From positions 64,001-128,000 of the forward strand of contig CAXVYR010000004.1 in NCBI GenBank assembly GCA_963666975.2: 64,000 bases of DNA, read 5' to 3'. The DNA comes from Terriglobia bacterium. GTDB lineage: Bacteria; Acidobacteriota; Terriglobia; 2-12-FULL-54-10. A program made the position numbers and the translations under genes. The first letter of the stretch is position 1. Every line of letters starts with the position of its first letter. This document shows, one piece after another, positions 21,317-31,523 of the stretch. The notes under the pieces were generated by a model, which saw nothing but the letters and a program-made list of their open reading frames with translations, ran no database searches and was not told where the DNA came from.

Positions 21317-21549
21317 GGCGGCAAAACCGGACCGGCGGCCTGGACCGGTAGCATGGCATGGTGTCGCGATCTTTTTTTTCCTTCCAAGTTTTGCTATAAA
21401 AGCTAAGGCTAAGGAAGATGTGTGTGATCCCCAGCAACTAAAATGGTGGCGAGGGGTTTATTTATAAGGGTCCATTACGCCTATGGCAGTCGTTGTTTTT
21501 TTGCGCTGACGAGTTCCCTGCGGCGGGCTACTGGCATCTCATTGTTATT

Positions 21550-24378
21550 ATGAACCGGTTCCTCCCCCATCGGCATTCGCTGCTTTCCCAGGCTATCCTG
21601 TTATTTATCCTGCTGCTGGGCTTGCAGTCCGGCGCTGCCCTGGCGCAAACGGACTCCGCAGGAGTGATTGAAGACATTGTCTTCCGGGGCAACCGGCGCG
21701 TGCCCACCGCTACGATGCGCGTCCGCATTTTCTCCAAGCCCGGCGACCCCTACAATGTAAACGCCCTCCGCCGGGACTTTATGGCCCTGTATAACACCGG
21801 TTTTTTTGATGACATCGTGCTCCGAGTCGAGGACGGAGCCGAGGGCAAGATCGTCATCTTCGAGGTCACGGAGAAACCTGTCATCCGCAGCATCGAATAC
21901 AAGGGCAACAGTTCCGTGACGCACTCGGACATCCTGGACCGTTTCAAGGAACGGCGGGTCGGGCTGACCGTAGAGAGCCGTTTTGATCCCACCCGCATCA
22001 AGCGCGCCGAAATGGTATTGAAGCAACTGCTGGCGGAACGAGGCCGCCAATATGCGGACATTACAGTCGATACGAAAACCATTCCGCCTTCTTCCGTGGC
22101 CCTGACCTTCACAATCGACGAAGGACCCAAGGTGAAAATCGGCAGGATCGATTTCGAAGGCAACACGGTGCTTCCCCGCCGGAAGCTGGTCCGCTCCATG
22201 AGGAACTCCCGGCCCATTGGAATTCCCCACAGCTTCATCTTGGAAAACCTGTTCAGCAAAACATACGACCGGAACAAGCTGGACGAGGATATGGAAGGTC
22301 TGCGGGCGGCCTATCAAGACGAAGGCTACTTCCGGGTTCTGGTCAACGCGCCGGTGGTGGTAACCCGTGAATCGCCCGCGAAACGGGGCGTGCCCATCCC
22401 CGTTCTCAACAAGTTGCCGATTCCGGGCATCAGGCGAAGCGGACCCGGAAGAAAGGTGGATATCACCGTTCCGCTGGTCGAAGGAGAGAAGTACACGCTG
22501 GGAGAGATGACCTTCGAGGGCGTGAAACTGTTTACCGAACCGGAGATGGTCCTGCGCCCGATGTTCGTGATGGAGCCGGGGGATCTGTTTGACGTTTCCA
22601 AGATCCGCGAAGGCCTGGAAAGCATGCGCAAGGTGTACGGGGAGTTTGGTTACATCAATTTTGTGGCCAGTCCCGAAACCTTGATCGATGACGTGAACCG
22701 CGAGATTGACATGGTGTTCAACGTCGAGGAGGACAAGCAATTCCTGGTGCGGCGGATCGACTTTACGGGAAACACCACCACCCGCGACAAGGTCATCCGG
22801 CGGGAATTGCTGCTGACCGAAGGGTCCATGTTCAACAGCCGCCTGTGGGAGCTAAGCCTTTTGCGGCTGAATCAGCTGGACTACTTTGAAAAGCTGGAGC
22901 CGGCCGATTCGGACGTGCAGCCCGACAACCGCACCGGAACCGTCGATCTTCATTTGGCTGTCAAGGAGAAGGGGAAGAACGCCATCGGTTTCACCGGAGG
23001 CGTGAGCGGGCTGTCGGGAAGCTTTGTGGGTTTCAGCTACCAGACCAACAACTTTATGGGATTGGGAGAGACCCTTTCTTTTAACGCTCAGTTGGGCAGC
23101 CTGGAGCGCAATTTGCTGCTGGGGCTGACCCATCCGTATGCATTCGACCGGCCTCTTCAGGTCGGATTCACGGTGTTCTCCCGCCGTTTTAACTTCGACG
23201 AAGGCCAGCAGGCATCCATCTTCTCCGGCCAGGACGTCCGGCCCATCTTTGACGCTCTGGGGACCGATAACATCCAGAGGTATCGCCAAACCAGCATCGG
23301 CTTCACCTCCTTCGCCAGTTATCCGCTGCGCAACAATTTTTCCCGCGTGGGACTGACCTACAGTTATGACTCCAGCAGCATCACCACCTTCAGCGAGGCT
23401 TCCCGGCGGCTGTTTGAAGACATCAACTTCAACGGATTAGGGGGTGGCAACTCGTTGGAGGGCATTCGCACCAGCAAAATCATTCCCACCTTTACATACA
23501 ACACGGTCGATCACCCTGTGACCCCTTCGCGCGGCAAGAGCTTCTTTGGCAGTCTGGAGCTGGCGGGACTCGGCGGCAACGTCCGCACCTACCGGCCTAC
23601 CGTCGACTTCAAATGGTTTCGTCCCATGTCGGAAGGTTTCCAGCCCCGGGTCTTCGCCATGCACCTGCTCGGTTCCACTATGAGCGGTTATGGAGGGCGC
23701 GTGCTTCCGCCCTTTACGCGATTCTATGTCGGCGGGGAAACCGACATTCGCGGCTTTGACTTTTTCACAATCAGCCCGGTCGCCTTCATTCCGGACATCG
23801 CCGCAGTGCCTGTCCTCAATACCGACGGCGCGCCACGTACCACCACCGCCTTGGATCAACTGGGCCTGGAGAACCAAGCGGTGCAGACCATGCTGGTCCC
23901 CGTGAACCGTACGACCTTCCCCGGCGGCGACACCAAAATCATTGCGAACTTCGAGTATCGGATTCCTTTGTTTGGCCCGGTCTCGCTGGCTCCCTTTCTG
24001 GACGCCGGCTATAACATCGCCTGGAGGCGGTCGCAATTGGCGCTGACCGACCGGCGACTGGCAGAACTGCAAAGCCAGTTCCCCAGCACAAATTTCAAAC
24101 GACAACTGGACCTGGCGGCGGACACCAACAATCGGTTGAGAGCCTCGACGGGTATCGAGCTGCAGGTGATCCTGCCGGTTGTGAACGCCCCCTTCCGAAT
24201 CTACTGGGCCCGCAATATATCCCGCCTCACAACGAATATATTTCCCACACCCCTGGTGGAGCGCGCCTTCTTCCCCAATGAAGCCAGCTTCAACAACGCG
24301 GTGAACGCTTTCGGCACGCCGATTCCCTTTGACGAACCCAAAAGCACCTTCCGCTTTACCATCGGCCGTACCTTCTAG
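21550..24378 (+). CDS. bamA: Outer-membrane protein assembly factor BamA
   Basis: Signal peptide, POTRA repeats (GNTTTRDKVIRRE), IRGF loop, C-terminal Phe. Confidence 0.93.
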   Translation: MNRFLPHRHSLLSQAILLFILLLGLQSGAALAQTDSAGVIEDIVFRGNRRVPTATMRVRIFSKPGDPYNVNALRRDFMALYNTGFFDDIVLRVEDGAEGKIVIFEVTEKPVIRSIEYKGNSSVTHSDILDRFKERRVGLTVESRFDPTRIKRAEMVLKQLLAERGRQYADITVDTKTIPPSSVALTFTIDEGPKVKIGRIDFEGNTVLPRRKLVRSMRNSRPIGIPHSFILENLFSKTYDRNKLDEDMEGLRAAYQDEGYFRVLVNAPVVVTRESPAKRGVPIPVLNKLPIPGIRRSGPGRKVDITVPLVEGEKYTLGEMTFEGVKLFTEPEMVLRPMFVMEPGDLFDVSKIREGLESMRKVYGEFGYINFVASPETLIDDVNREIDMVFNVEEDKQFLVRRIDFTGNTTTRDKVIRRELLLTEGSMFNSRLWELSLLRLNQLDYFEKLEPADSDVQPDNRTGTVDLHLAVKEKGKNAIGFTGGVSGLSGSFVGFSYQTNNFMGLGETLSFNAQLGSLERNLLLGLTHPYAFDRPLQVGFTVFSRRFNFDEGQQASIFSGQDVRPIFDALGTDNIQRYRQTSIGFTSFASYPLRNNFSRVGLTYSYDSSSITTFSEASRRLFEDINFNGLGGGNSLEGIRTSKIIPTFTYNTVDHPVTPSRGKSFFGSLELAGLGGNVRTYRPTVDFKWFRPMSEGFQPRVFAMHLLGSTMSGYGGRVLPPFTRFYVGGETDIRGFDFFTISPVAFIPDIAAVPVLNTDGAPRTTTALDQLGLENQAVQTMLVPVNRTTFPGGDTKIIANFEYRIPLFGPVSLAPFLDAGYNIAWRRSQLALTDRRLAELQSQFPSTNFKRQLDLAADTNNRLRASTGIELQVILPVVNAPFRIYWARNISRLTTNIFPTPLVERAFFPNEASFNNAVNAFGTPIPFDEPKSTFRFTIGRTF

Positions 24379-24424
24379 GCCATTTTCATAGTTGCTGCAT
24401 TTTCATGGTTGCTGCAAACCGTAT

Positions 24425-24497
24425 CCGAGCCGCGAGAGCCTGCCCCGCCTGTCCTGAGCATAGCCGAAGGGAGCAGAGTCGAGGGGTGAGGGAGCGG
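24425..24497. repeat. REP-like hairpin carrying a doubly nested 24-bp unit
   Basis: CCGAGCCGCGAGA-[48 bp]-GTGAGGGAGCGG versus empty CCGAGCCGCGACC-GTGAGGGAGCGG at about 42825-42849. Confidence 0.8.
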
Positions 24498-24617
24498 TCA
24501 ACCAAGCTTTGCCTGCTCACCTGGCGTTCGGTGCCCGCTTGCTATGTACGTCGTCAGATAATGTTGGACACAGAGCATAAAAAGATAAGGTGGCGTTCAG
24601 GCTCCTCTGGGTTGATG

Positions 24618-25601
24618 TTAGGCTGCCCTTCTTTTGAAGTGCAACCGTTTTCTTAAGATCATAGTTTTCTCTTTGATGCGATCCCGTTTTTGCAGGATGG
24701 CACTGCCTTGGCCTGTAAAAACGTCATACGGTGTCAGGTTGTTCAGGCTTTCATGGTATCGGTTGGTGTTGTAGTGGTTGACGAAGGCATCGATCTGCCG
24801 CTCCAGCTCTTCTGGCAGGTAATAGTTGTTGAGCAGGATGCGGTCTTTCAGAGTTCGGTGCCAGCGTTCGATCTTGCCCTGCGTCATGGGGTGATAGGGC
24901 TTGCCGCGAGTATGCGGCACGCTGTTTTCTGCCAGCCATGATTGCAGTTCGGAAGAGACGTAGCACGGCCCGTTGTCGCTCAGGAGGCGAGGTCTGTGCC
25001 GGGCGCCCACGCGGTCGAGGCCGGTGGCTTGCAAAGCATCCCGCAACGTGGCCGAGACGTCACTTGCGCTCATGGTTTTGCACAGCCGCCAGGCGATGAT
25101 ATAGCGCGAGAAGTCGTCCAGCACCGTGGACAGGTAGAACCAGCCCCAACCGATGACTTTCAGGTAGGTGAAGTCGGTCTGCCAGAGCTGGTTGACCGCC
25201 GTGGTCGGGTTGGCGAACCGTTCCGCCGCTTTCAGGACAATAAAGGCTGGCGCGGTAATCAGGTCATGGCTTTTCAGGACGCGGTAAACCGTCGATTCAG
25301 AAAGGTAATACCGCCTTTCCTCGGTAAAACGCACCGCCAGCTCGCGTGACGACAGATCGGGCTCGGCCAGGGCTAACGTCACCAACTGCTGAGTTATCTC
25401 CTCCGGCACCTTGTTCCAGACAGGGCCAGGATCGGGTTTTTTGTCTTCCAGCCCATCAAAGCCTTCCGACACATAGCGGTCGTACCAGTTGTAAAACGTC
25501 GATCTGGGAATGCCAACCTGCTGCAGCGTCCGGCGCACCCCCAGGGCAGATTGCTCCACCGTGCAGATGATCTCCAGCTTCTCCGAGGCAGGGTATCTCA
25601 T
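24618..25601 (-). CDS. IS3-family OrfB (rve DDE integrase)
   Basis: WQTDFTY, DDFSR, SDNG, GKIERW. Confidence 0.93.
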   Translation of the reverse strand: MRYPASEKLEIICTVEQSALGVRRTLQQVGIPRSTFYNWYDRYVSEGFDGLEDKKPDPGPVWNKVPEEITQQLVTLALAEPDLSSRELAVRFTEERRYYLSESTVYRVLKSHDLITAPAFIVLKAAERFANPTTAVNQLWQTDFTYLKVIGWGWFYLSTVLDDFSRYIIAWRLCKTMSASDVSATLRDALQATGLDRVGARHRPRLLSDNGPCYVSSELQSWLAENSVPHTRGKPYHPMTQGKIERWHRTLKDRILLNNYYLPEELERQIDAFVNHYNTNRYHESLNNLTPYDVFTGQGSAILQKRDRIKEKTMILRKRLHFKRRAA

Positions 25602-25969
25602 GTATGTTCCTCCCCATCCCCGATCACGCTTTTTTTTAGCAGGCGATTTTCCAGCATAGCCTCGGCCAGGGCCTCTTTCAGCTGTACGGCCTGCTCCCGC
25701 AGAGTCTTGACTTCGCCACTGGTTGCCTCACGGTCTATGTCGCCCGCCAGCCGCTTGCGGCCAGCCTCCAGAAACTCCTTGCTCCAGCGGTAATACTGGT
25801 TCTGGTGCAGCCCCTCGCGGCGGCACAGCTCCGCGATGCTGTCCTCGCCGCGAAGTCCCTGCAATACAATGCGGATTTTGTCTTCCGGGCTGAACCTGCG
25901 CCGCGTCCTGCGTTTGATCTCCCGGACGGCCTTCTCGACCGCCCCCCTGTCGTCTTGTTTTTGTCTCAT
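25598..25969 (-). CDS. IS3-family OrfA (HTH); probable -1 frameshift at A8G (25629-25637)
   Basis: RRRFSPEDKIRIV, ELCRREG; CTAAAAAAAAGC slippery run near the orfA end. Confidence 0.9.
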   Translation of the reverse strand: MRQKQDDRGAVEKAVREIKRRTRRRFSPEDKIRIVLQGLRGEDSIAELCRREGLHQNQYYRWSKEFLEAGRKRLAGDIDREATSGEVKTLREQAVQLKEALAEAMLENRLLKKSVIGDGEEHT

Positions 25970-26056
25970 CTTCGTTCCTTTCAGTCTCTACGATGAGCCA
26001 AAAACATCACCTTAACTATTACCCTCTACCTGTCCAACAAGCCCTGACGGGGCACA

Positions 26057-26762
26057 CAGGGCAACATCCCCACGTTTCTCCGCGTCACGGCCGGTGCCGT
26101 GCACGATGTCAACATCCTCGACGAGATCGTTCCGGAAGCGGGCGCGTTCTACGTGATGGATCGCGGCTACATCGACTTCGAGCGACTCTTTGTCTTCACA
26201 CTCTGCTCCGCATTTTTCGTCGTGCGGACGAAAGAGAACGTCTTGCTCCAACGCCGCTATTCTCATCCAGCAGACAGAACCAGCGGCTTGCGATCCGATC
26301 ATACCGTGATCCTGACCGGGAACGCCTCGGCCAGGGCATACCCCGATCCGCTACGGCGCGTTACGTACTTCGATGCAGAAACAAACAAGCGCCTGAAGTT
26401 TCTTACCAACAATTTCGTGCTACCCGCACTCACTATCGCTCAAATCTACAAGTGCCGCTGGCAGGTGGAACTGTTCTTCAAATGGATCAAGCAGCACCTG
26501 CGAATCAAGGCATTCTATGGCACCAGCCAAAACGCAGTGAAGACTCAAATCTGGATCGCCGTTTCGATCTATGTACTCGTGGCCATTGTCCGGAAGCGTC
26601 TCGCTTTGGAAGCCAGCCTTTACCAAATTTTACAGATTCTCAGTGTTACTCTTTTCGAGAAAGTGCCCATTTTACAGGCCCTGGAAGCATCGGGCTCCCA
26701 AGACGATTTAGTCAGAAATCCCAACCAGTTGATTCTGTTCGAGTTTTAACCGGACAGCAATG
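26057..26762 (+). mobile_element. IS4-family element, 3' half only (truncated by IS3 copy 1)
   Basis: MDRGY, YKCRWQVELFFKWIKQ (YREK-type motif); end TTAACCGGACAGCAATG. Confidence 0.85.
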
Positions 26763-26964
26763 GTAGTGGGTATATAGGAAGGGTTATGAGGAGGACTCGG
26801 GCCAACTCCTCTCCGCCTTTTCCTCACATACCCCCTCACAAGTCACTACACCCACTACAGGGTCTGCGGAGACGAGGCTTTCAAATTGCTGATCGCTTGC
26901 CTAAGCGGATGCCCATTTGTCAGATGGCCTACCCCACGACGGAAGCCGAAACTCGGCACAGCTT

Positions 26965-28857
26965 CTACCATTGAGCCGCCGGACCGCCGAGTTCCACCTG
27001 GGACCCGGTCGGTTGCATCCCGATTTCGCGGGCCAGCGATGGGACCAAGTGCACTACCTTGCCTCCTAGCATCGTCATCAAAACTCGGACGTTTGGAATG
27101 TCATCCACCGGAATGGTCAGATAATCCCTATCCAAGACAGCCAGGTCAGCAAGCTTTCCTGGTTCCAGTGAGCCCAACTTCTCTTCCCGCAGCATGTAAT
27201 AGGCTCCATTCAGGGTGGCCGATTTTAGCATGACCTCACGACTGACAGCCTGCTGAGGAGCATTCACTCTTCCCTCCTGATCCTTTCGGGTAATGCCCGC
27301 ATAGAGAACAGTGAAAAAGGTCAAGTCTGTGTATCCAAAAGGCCGATCGATTTCAACGCTTTGTCTCACGCCAGCCTCGAGCAAATTCTTCCGCGGAACC
27401 ACCCATTGAGCTGCCTCTTCGCCGAAATCTAGCAGTACCTGGTGCGCTCCTCCTTCCCATACATACATGTCCCAGCCACCTAACATGAACCCGAGATTCT
27501 TAATTTGCGGAATCTGGTCCGGACGTGGGTTATACGCCAGATGGTCCCACGTATGCCGTTTGGCCCGAATCTGATCCAGCGTCATCCCGGCATCTTTACT
27601 TGCCCGCTCAACGATTTCCAACAAGTAATCCATGTTTTTGTCGCCATCTGTGTGAGCACCAGTCAATCTTCCCCCGGCCCTTATATAGTTGTACAATGCC
27701 TGCCTGTTCCGCGTTCCCGTGACCGGATCCAGCTCACAAGGAGTTTCCTTAGCAAACTGTTGCGCTTCTGGCGTAACTCCGGGCACTGAAATACATCTGC
27801 TTCCCACTCCAGGCGGCCAACCCCCTGCGAGCCACAGGTAATCAGACCCTTTGCCGACCATCGCGTTCACAAGAAGGAGATTGTAGGTATTCGACGTCAT
27901 AGGTTGCCCGGGCAGGCTTCCCTCCGTAACTCTCCACGTCCAGGGGATTCGGATCTTTAATTGTCCCCTTTGGTCAAGTTCGTTATACGCAGTCAGCGCA
28001 CCCCCTGTATACATGGCCGTGGAATTCAGCGTGATTCCGTAACCTGCCCACCAGGATCCGCCCAGACGGAGAATCTCCTTCAATACGTCCGGGGAATATA
28101 GTATATTCCGCTCGATTTTGCGGTAATTCGTAATGCCGACTCCTGTTTGCGGGTCTCCTCCAAATAGACTTGCCAAGTGGCTCTCTTCTGTTATCCCCCA
28201 TTCTCTCCAGTAGTCGTAGATCACCTCGATGGCCTTTTGATTCACCAGTGTCCCCACGAAACCGGCGCGAATCAGTACTGGGTTATTCGGAGCGATTCTG
28301 TCCAGCATCTGCTTGTTGATCTGTCTTCCAAAGGACCCTTGAATTACCTCTTGTCCCTTGTATTCTCTTCCATACAGCATGCTGATCCGAATCCATTGCC
28401 CGGGCTTAGCTGCCCGGACTGATTCCTCCAACAATCGCGGTAGCATTAGCACCTGCTGCTCCGGCGGTTCTTCCCACAAGAACCGCTCAATATGTATATC
28501 GTCATTCACCACCTTCCGGACGATGTACGGATTTAGCGGGTCCCAATCTTGCGGATGATCATGGGTGATCGCCAGGCCTGGGGTTACCATCCGGCCCCTC
28601 AAGTCAATACTCTTCGTGTTCGAACCGGCCAGGGCGCGAATCTGCGCATTGCTACCAACCGCCAGAATCGAATCCCCTCGAATCGCAATGGCTTCGGCTA
28701 TTGTGCCCAAGTTCCCATTGATCCCGTGGTCATTCACCGTTACCAGCTTTCCGTTGTAGAGAATGGTATCTGGGGCTTGTTGAGCCCACAGGAGGCCCTG
28801 TCCAGCCCAGCTTACCCACATCAATATCGCCATTCCCAAAACCCATTGCCTTTTCAT
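26965..28857 (-). CDS. Exported metal-dependent amidohydrolase (Amidohydro_3/YtcJ-like), paralog 1
   Basis: Signal peptide; ILYNGK, IDLRGR, THDH, GSLEPGKLADLAVLDRD. Confidence 0.85.
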   Translation of the reverse strand: MKRQWVLGMAILMWVSWAGQGLLWAQQAPDTILYNGKLVTVNDHGINGNLGTIAEAIAIRGDSILAVGSNAQIRALAGSNTKSIDLRGRMVTPGLAITHDHPQDWDPLNPYIVRKVVNDDIHIERFLWEEPPEQQVLMLPRLLEESVRAAKPGQWIRISMLYGREYKGQEVIQGSFGRQINKQMLDRIAPNNPVLIRAGFVGTLVNQKAIEVIYDYWREWGITEESHLASLFGGDPQTGVGITNYRKIERNILYSPDVLKEILRLGGSWWAGYGITLNSTAMYTGGALTAYNELDQRGQLKIRIPWTWRVTEGSLPGQPMTSNTYNLLLVNAMVGKGSDYLWLAGGWPPGVGSRCISVPGVTPEAQQFAKETPCELDPVTGTRNRQALYNYIRAGGRLTGAHTDGDKNMDYLLEIVERASKDAGMTLDQIRAKRHTWDHLAYNPRPDQIPQIKNLGFMLGGWDMYVWEGGAHQVLLDFGEEAAQWVVPRKNLLEAGVRQSVEIDRPFGYTDLTFFTVLYAGITRKDQEGRVNAPQQAVSREVMLKSATLNGAYYMLREEKLGSLEPGKLADLAVLDRDYLTIPVDDIPNVRVLMTMLGGKVVHLVPSLAREIGMQPTGSQVELGGPAAQW

Positions 28858-29047
28858 GATTTACCCCCTCAGCTTATGTTCGCAGGTTAATCCCGAAGCT
28901 CCGAGCACAAAGTATACGCTCCCTCGTTATCGGTTCCATCTCTTTTCGCCTCTGTTTTCTCAACGGTCTTGCTCCGGACACCAATTGCTTTCCCCTTTCC
29001 CGTCGTGTAATCTCTTCCCATCATTTTTAATCAGGCGGGAGTAATCC

Positions 29048-29215
29048 GTGCCCATACCCATACGTGCCCGGCTTGGCTCATACGAGGTTCTCAGCCCGCT
29101 AGGTGCGGTGGTATGGGTGAGGTGTACAAAGCCAGAGATACTCGCCTGGACCGAACGGTTGCCATCGAAGACTTGCCCGAAGCGTTCTCCCGCGACTCGG
29201 ACCGCTTTGCGCGGG
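29048..29215 (+). pseudogene. Hanks-type Ser/Thr kinase N-terminal fragment
   Basis: [32 protein letters not shown], with a frameshift in the Gly loop and the catalytic Lys lost. Confidence 0.75.
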
Positions 29216-29301
29216 TCCCTGTAGCAGCAATTGTAAGTCCATTCACGTAAATGGTCCTATAAAGTACTAAAGCTGGTCTCAAAAATACCTCAGCATGATT
29301 T

Positions 29302-29425
29302 TCATGCACCCGAGTCGGACCATCCCAAGAAATTGTCGATATGGTATTCGTAGCGCGTGACCAGTCGGCGAAACACTTGCAGCCAAGCGAAGAGCCGCTC
29401 GACGGTCCAGCGTCCATGCATGGCT
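29302..29425 (-). pseudogene. IS5-family transposase C-terminal fragment
   Basis: RWTVERLFAWLQVFRRLVTRYE. Confidence 0.75.
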
Positions 29426-29609
29426 TTGGTTTCGCCTCCAATCGCCAGACTTCCTTCAGTTTGCCTCGTCTCCCCCATCCTGCAACCCACTTTCCTTTCT
29501 TCCGGTTGCCAAAGAACCATTTTTGAGACCAGTTGTAGACCAGCAACCACGACCTCTGCTTGGGTCTTCCCTAGCAGGACTGGAAAGCCTTACGTGGTGA
29601 CTCTCGCTG

Positions 29610-29860
29610 GACCACATGCACGTCGGCGTCAGGGCACGGCTTCGCTTGCCCAAAGGCTTCGTGATACACTTCATTCTGCCACACCTTCGGTACTCGCATG
29701 GGCGAGGCTGGGGCTGATGCTTTTGATATTAAGCGACTGATGGGACATTCCAGCGTGACCGTTTCGCAACGTTATGTGCACCCGACCCCTGAGTCCAGGG
29801 AGAGGGCATTTTGAGCGACTACAGGTCCTTAATGAAACGACCACTGCAAGATTACTTGAA
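29610..29860 (+). pseudogene. Tyrosine integrase C-terminal remnant
   Basis: FVIH/SFCHTFGTRMGEAGADAFDIKRLMGHSSVTVSQRYVHP: degraded HxxR box, GH..Y box, frameshifts. Confidence 0.8.
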
Positions 29861-29929
29861 GGGGAAAAACGACAGTTACCCGCTACAGTTTCCGCTACAC
29901 CAACGGGCAGCTAGCATATAAGTCCTTCC

Positions 29930-30008
29930 GGGCCCATAGCTCAGCGGTTAGAGCAGCGGACTCATAATCCGTCGGTCCCAGGTTCGAATCCTGGTGGGCC
30001 GGGCACCA
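29930..30008 (+). tRNA. tRNA(CAU), most likely tRNA-Ile2, with a 3-nt insertion in the 3' acceptor strand
   Basis: GGGCCCA-TAGCTCAG D arm, GCGGA-CTCATAA-TCCGT (anticodon 29963-29965), GGTTCGAATCC; ends TGGGCC-GGG-CACCA. Confidence 0.85.
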
Positions 30009-30011
30009 ACC

Positions 30012-31523
30012 TGTACGTCGTCAGATAATGTTGGACACAGAGCATAAAAAGATAAGGTGGCGTTCAGGCTCCTCTGGGTTGATGTTAGGCTGCCCTTCTT
30101 TTGAAGTGCAACCGTTTTCTTAAGATCATAGTTTTCTCTTTGATGCGATCCCGTTTTTGCAGGATGGCACTGCCTTGGCCTGTAAAAACGTCATACGGTG
30201 TCAGGTTGTTCAGGCTTTCATGGTATCGGTTGGTGTTGTAGTGGTTGACGAAGGCATCGATCTGCCGCTCCAGCTCTTCTGGCAGGTAATAGTTGTTGAG
30301 CAGGATGCGGTCTTTCAGAGTTCGGTGCCAGCGTTCGATCTTGCCCTGCGTCATGGGGTGATAGGGCTTGCCGCGAGTATGCGGCACGCTGTTTTCTGCC
30401 AGCCATGATTGCAGTTCGGAAGAGACGTAGCACGGCCCGTTGTCGCTCAGGAGGCGAGGTCTGTGCCGGGCGCCCACGCGGTCGAGGCCGGTGGCTTGCA
30501 AAGCATCCCGCAACGTGGCCGAGACGTCACTTGCGCTCATGGTTTTGCACAGCCGCCAGGCGATGATATAGCGCGAGAAGTCGTCCAGCACCGTGGACAG
30601 GTAGAACCAGCCCCAACCGATGACTTTCAGGTAGGTGAAGTCGGTCTGCCAGAGCTGGTTGACCGCCGTGGTCGGGTTGGCGAACCGTTCCGCCGCTTTC
30701 AGGACAATAAAGGCTGGCGCGGTAATCAGGTCATGGCTTTTCAGGACGCGGTAAACCGTCGATTCAGAAAGGTAATACCGCCTTTCCTCGGTAAAACGCA
30801 CCGCCAGCTCGCGTGACGACAGATCGGGCTCGGCCAGGGCTAACGTCACCAACTGCTGAGTTATCTCCTCCGGCACCTTGTTCCAGACAGGGCCAGGATC
30901 GGGTTTTTTGTCTTCCAGCCCATCAAAGCCTTCCGACACATAGCGGTCGTACCAGTTGTAAAACGTCGATCTGGGAATGCCAACCTGCTGCAGCGTCCGG
31001 CGCACCCCCAGGGCAGATTGCTCCACCGTGCAGATGATCTCCAGCTTCTCCGAGGCAGGGTATCTCATGTATGTTCCTCCCCATCCCCGATCACGCTTTT
31101 TTTTAGCAGGCGATTTTCCAGCATAGCCTCGGCCAGGGCCTCTTTCAGCTGTACGGCCTGCTCCCGCAGAGTCTTGACTTCGCCACTGGTTGCCTCACGG
31201 TCTATGTCGCCCGCCAGCCGCTTGCGGCCAGCCTCCAGAAACTCCTTGCTCCAGCGGTAATACTGGTTCTGGTGCAGCCCCTCGCGGCGGCACAGCTCCG
31301 CGATGCTGTCCTCGCCGCGAAGTCCCTGCAATACAATGCGGATTTTGTCTTCCGGGCTGAACCTGCGCCGCGTCCTGCGTTTGATCTCCCGGACGGCCTT
31401 CTCGACCGCCCCCCTGTCGTCTTGTTTTTGTCTCATCTTCGTTCCTTTCAGTCTCTACGATGAGCCAAAAACATCACCTTAACTATTACCCTCTACCTGT
31501 CCAACAAGCCCTGACGGGGCACA
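30012..31523 (-). mobile_element. IS3-family element, copy 2 (1512 bp, apparently identical to copy 1)
   Basis: Same TIRs and identical ORF translations (30085-31068, 31065-31436); no TSD. Confidence 0.93.

Larger units (their letters stand above)
24545..26056 (-). mobile_element. IS3-family element, copy 1 (1512 bp)
   Basis: Imperfect 26-bp TIRs TGTACGTCGTCAGATAATGTTGGACA / TGTCCAACAAGCCCTGACGGGGCACA; orfA plus orfB; no TSD. Confidence 0.93.

Noticed and set aside
24405-24656. Small ORFs with ACPACPE..SRRE repeats (also 45890-46192)
   Set aside because: These are translations of the nested 24-bp repeat, not independent genes
29930-30008. Initiator or elongator tRNA-Met
   Set aside because: Lacks the three G-C pairs in the anticodon stem and the C1 mismatch of initiators; the acceptor sequence resembles Ile2
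24545-31523. Composite transposon carrying the amidohydrolase and tRNA
   Set aside because: No target duplication at the outer ends; flanking genes are truncated, which fits rearrangement better
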